From contig OZ024742.1 in NCBI GenBank assembly GCA_964016885.1, positions 249,240,001-249,304,000 on the forward strand: a DNA stretch of 64,000 nt, read 5' to 3'. The stretch comes from Eledone cirrhosa (lineage: Eukaryota). Made by a program: the position numbers and the translations under genes. Of the stretch, positions 59,887-64,000 are shown one piece after another. How positions within the stretch are numbered: position 1 is the first letter of the stretch; each line of letters opens with the position of its first letter. Below the pieces are notes generated by a model. That model was not told the origin of the DNA. It was given only the letters and a program-made list of their open reading frames with translations, and made no database searches.

Positions 59887-59925
<39 letters not shown>

Positions 59926-59976
59926 ACGCAAATATATATATATATATATATAAATATATATATATATATGTATACG

Positions 59977-60019
<43 letters not shown>

Positions 60020-60576
60020 ACTGAGGATTGCAGACCTGCCAACTTCTAAAAACCATTAAGTGCCCCCAAACGGTGAGATATGAGGAGAAATGAAAGCTAT
60101 AACAATTTTTACAGGTGACATTTTCGACCCATCCCGAATGTGGGTAGGATATCTCCCCATCGGGCGGGGAGAGTTTCATGTCAGGGATCAGTAACCCTTT
60201 TTTTTTTCTTTTTTTTTTTTTTACTAATTTTAAAAATCTGTATAGGTGAGAGTTGACCTGTATGGGGTTGTCCCACATTTAGCATCAGTTACAAATTCTA
60301 GAAGTGGCCCTAACTGAATTATTGAAACTAACTTTCTACAACATAGGACAGCAACCAAGTATCTTTCAACCCTTTACTGCATTACTAGCTGCATCGCCTA
60401 AAATAATTTCCACTTAGATAAAAACGTGCATTGTGTCTCGATTGGTGAAATGTCATAGAAACTAAAACATGATACAATTGTATCAACAATCTGTTTGCAG
60501 GTATTACTTCGTAAAACGCCTGTCTGTCGCATTCTCACAGTCTCTATCTCTCATTCTCTCTCTCTCTCTCTCTCTT

Positions 60577-60617
<41 letters not shown>

Positions 60618-60629
60618 CTATCTATCTAT

Positions 60630-61497
60630 CTAAGGCGGGTAAAATTCCCGAGATCCATGGACGAGTTCTCTCCAGCGGTCTCTGTCCCTCATTATCGCTG
60701 CCATGTCCTGCGTCTCCAACAGACCAGTGTCTGTCCTTAGGGCATCAACATATGTTAACCTTGGTCTTCCTCTTCCAGTGTGTCCATGTAGGGGCTCCCA
60801 AAGGAGCACGGAGTGCAATGTCAACTCTGGATGTCGGTGAGCATGTCCAGCCAACCTCAGTCTCCTCTGTGTCACTTTTGAGCTGACTTTTGGGAGGCTC
60901 CCATACAGCTCTGAGTTTTTCATCCTCAGTGTATACTGATTAATGTTCAGAGCCATCCTCAGCATTCTCGTGTAGCACCCATCCACCATCTGAGTGAGTC
61001 TCTTGGTCAGTGTCCAAGTCTCAGACCCATACAGCAGCACAGACTCCACTACAGCAATGAAGAGGCGGATTTTCAGGTCTCTACGAAGGTCCGACTTCCA
61101 CACCGATCTCAAGCTGTGGCACGCCGCCCAGGCCTTGCTCTTCCTCTCAACCACATCATCCTCCGTATTCCCAATCTTTGCTCCCAAATACAGGAAGTCC
61201 TCAACCAATTCCAGCGGCTTCCCGCCTACATTAGTGATCCCCTCTGGCTTCTCAACATTCTCTACCAGATATTTTGTTTTAGTCTCATTCATTCTCAGCC
61301 CCACACTCATCGACACAGTCTCAACCTCCCGCATCAAATCCTCTGCCTCCTTCACTGTATTTGTCACCAAAACTATGTCGTCGGCAAATTCAGCATCCGA
61401 TACCTTTTTCGCCCCAACTCTCCTGCTCTGAGCCGGTGCTACAGTAAAGCCAGAGTCCTGGTGTTTCTCCAGTGCAAGGCGCATACAATAGTCCTTT
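60630..61497 (-). mobile_element. 5'-truncated RTE-clade LINE 3' end with open frame
   Basis: [32 protein letters not shown]; ends at the stop codon followed by (TAGA)n. Confidence 0.92.
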
Positions 61498-61506
61498 TTA
61501 TCATCG

Positions 61507-61603
<97 letters not shown>

Positions 61604-61614
61604 TATAATATATA

Positions 61615-61690
<76 letters not shown>

Positions 61691-61727
61691 GTATAAATAT
61701 ATATATATGTATATATATATATATGTG

Positions 61728-61761
<34 letters not shown>

Positions 61762-61892
61762 ATAAATGTAATGTGAGTTTTTTTAATATTAATATTAACA
61801 TTCGATTCGTTTGCAATTATGCAAGCAAGCCTCAATTTTAGAGCCATGTCAGTAGAATGAACACTTCATTCTTGCTCTTGTGTTGTCATGTG

Positions 61893-61968
<76 letters not shown>

Positions 61969-62899
61969 GGTGCGCTATATATATATATATATATGCTGGC
62001 CCTTGAAATATATATATATATATATTTTATATAAATATATTATATATATATTTATATCATATATATATATATACATAACTTTTTCTTTTTTTCTTTTCAC
62101 TTCATAAACCTTGTTTGTAAATAACATTATTCTTTCTGCACCGTTTCTTTAACATGTGCAACATCACCATTCTACACCAATACACATCACTATCATTTGA
62201 TAATGCATAAAAATCCTGAAACCGGTAATAGACAATTATTAAATATATAAATAGATAAATAAATGCCATTGTTAATTAATAAATAAATCGACTAATACCT
62301 TAACACTTTACACAAAGTAAAATATTTCGTAAAATATATATATATATATATATATATACATCCATACATACTTGTGTGTACGTATGTCTGCATCAATGTA
62401 TAAATAATAGAGTTACGAACAGAAACTGTTTTCTTATAAAACAATAGAAGACAAAAACAAAAAACAAAACAAAGACGCTACTTAAAAAAACCTGTGATTG
62501 CGATCTTCAGTTCTGTGTGGAATATTTTTGGAGAAAAAAGACTGAAAAACTGACAGATAGACAGACATACAAACAGACACACACATATATATATACACTC
62601 ACATACACACGGATACACACACACATATACATACACACACATACACATTCATGTAAAGGGATATATATCAACTATCAATCTCTCCAACTCTATCCATCTC
62701 TCTGTTTTGTCTCTGTCAATTTACTCCTTCCACTCTCCCCCTTCTCTCTCTCTCTCTCTCTCAGCCCCTTCTCTCTCTATCTATCTATCTCACCCCCCTA
62801 TCTCCCTCTCTGACCTTTACACACTCAAGCATATGCATTCCTGTAAAATATCATTTCATCTAAATGTATTTTTTCACGTACGCGCACACTCATACACAT

Positions 62900-63890
<991 letters not shown>

Positions 63891-64000
63891 AGTAACATTA
63901 AGTGAAGGAAAATAACGATATATTTAAAATAATATTATCATCTTCAATATCAGCATTATAATCACTATCATGGTAATCATCATCATCATTAAGAAGAACA

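Noticed and set aside
60110-60190. Minus-strand ccgatgg...gaaaatgtc hairpin region as a hammerhead
   Set aside because: Two core mismatches and no clear stem I.
60630-61847. 405-aa ORF as a single protein
   Set aside because: The N-terminal ~115 aa come from a TA microsatellite read in frame by chance; only the RTE part is real.

Overview
Eukaryotic, AT-rich, microsatellite-saturated genomic DNA, most likely cephalopod/Octopus-like (inferred from repeat content only). It contains no confidently identifiable host gene, and most listed ORFs are translations of (TA)n/(CA)n/(GA)n/(GGT)n tracts. The window is a nest of transposable elements: Tx1-clade LINEs (one near full-length and decayed, one 5'-truncated with a largely intact RT frame, several fragments), RTE LINEs, an R4/Dong fragment, two Penelope-like (RT + GIY-YIG, probably Naiad-type) copies, an internally deleted Helitron plus non-autonomous Helitrons, tRNA-derived SINEs and a hAT-like MITE. 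Main signals: (1) about 14 minimal or degenerate type-I hammerhead ribozyme motifs from at least 8 sequence families, in Penelope pseudo-LTR or retrozyme-like units next to (TA)n tracts, often with terminal fold-backs; (2) a ~3.3 kb nested palindrome carrying four core-intact hammerheads; (3) four Tx1 insertions stacked in a (CTAT)n array, with a 32-bp target duplication suggesting a (GATA)n-targeting family. All motif calls were made by eye; no database search or folding program was run.
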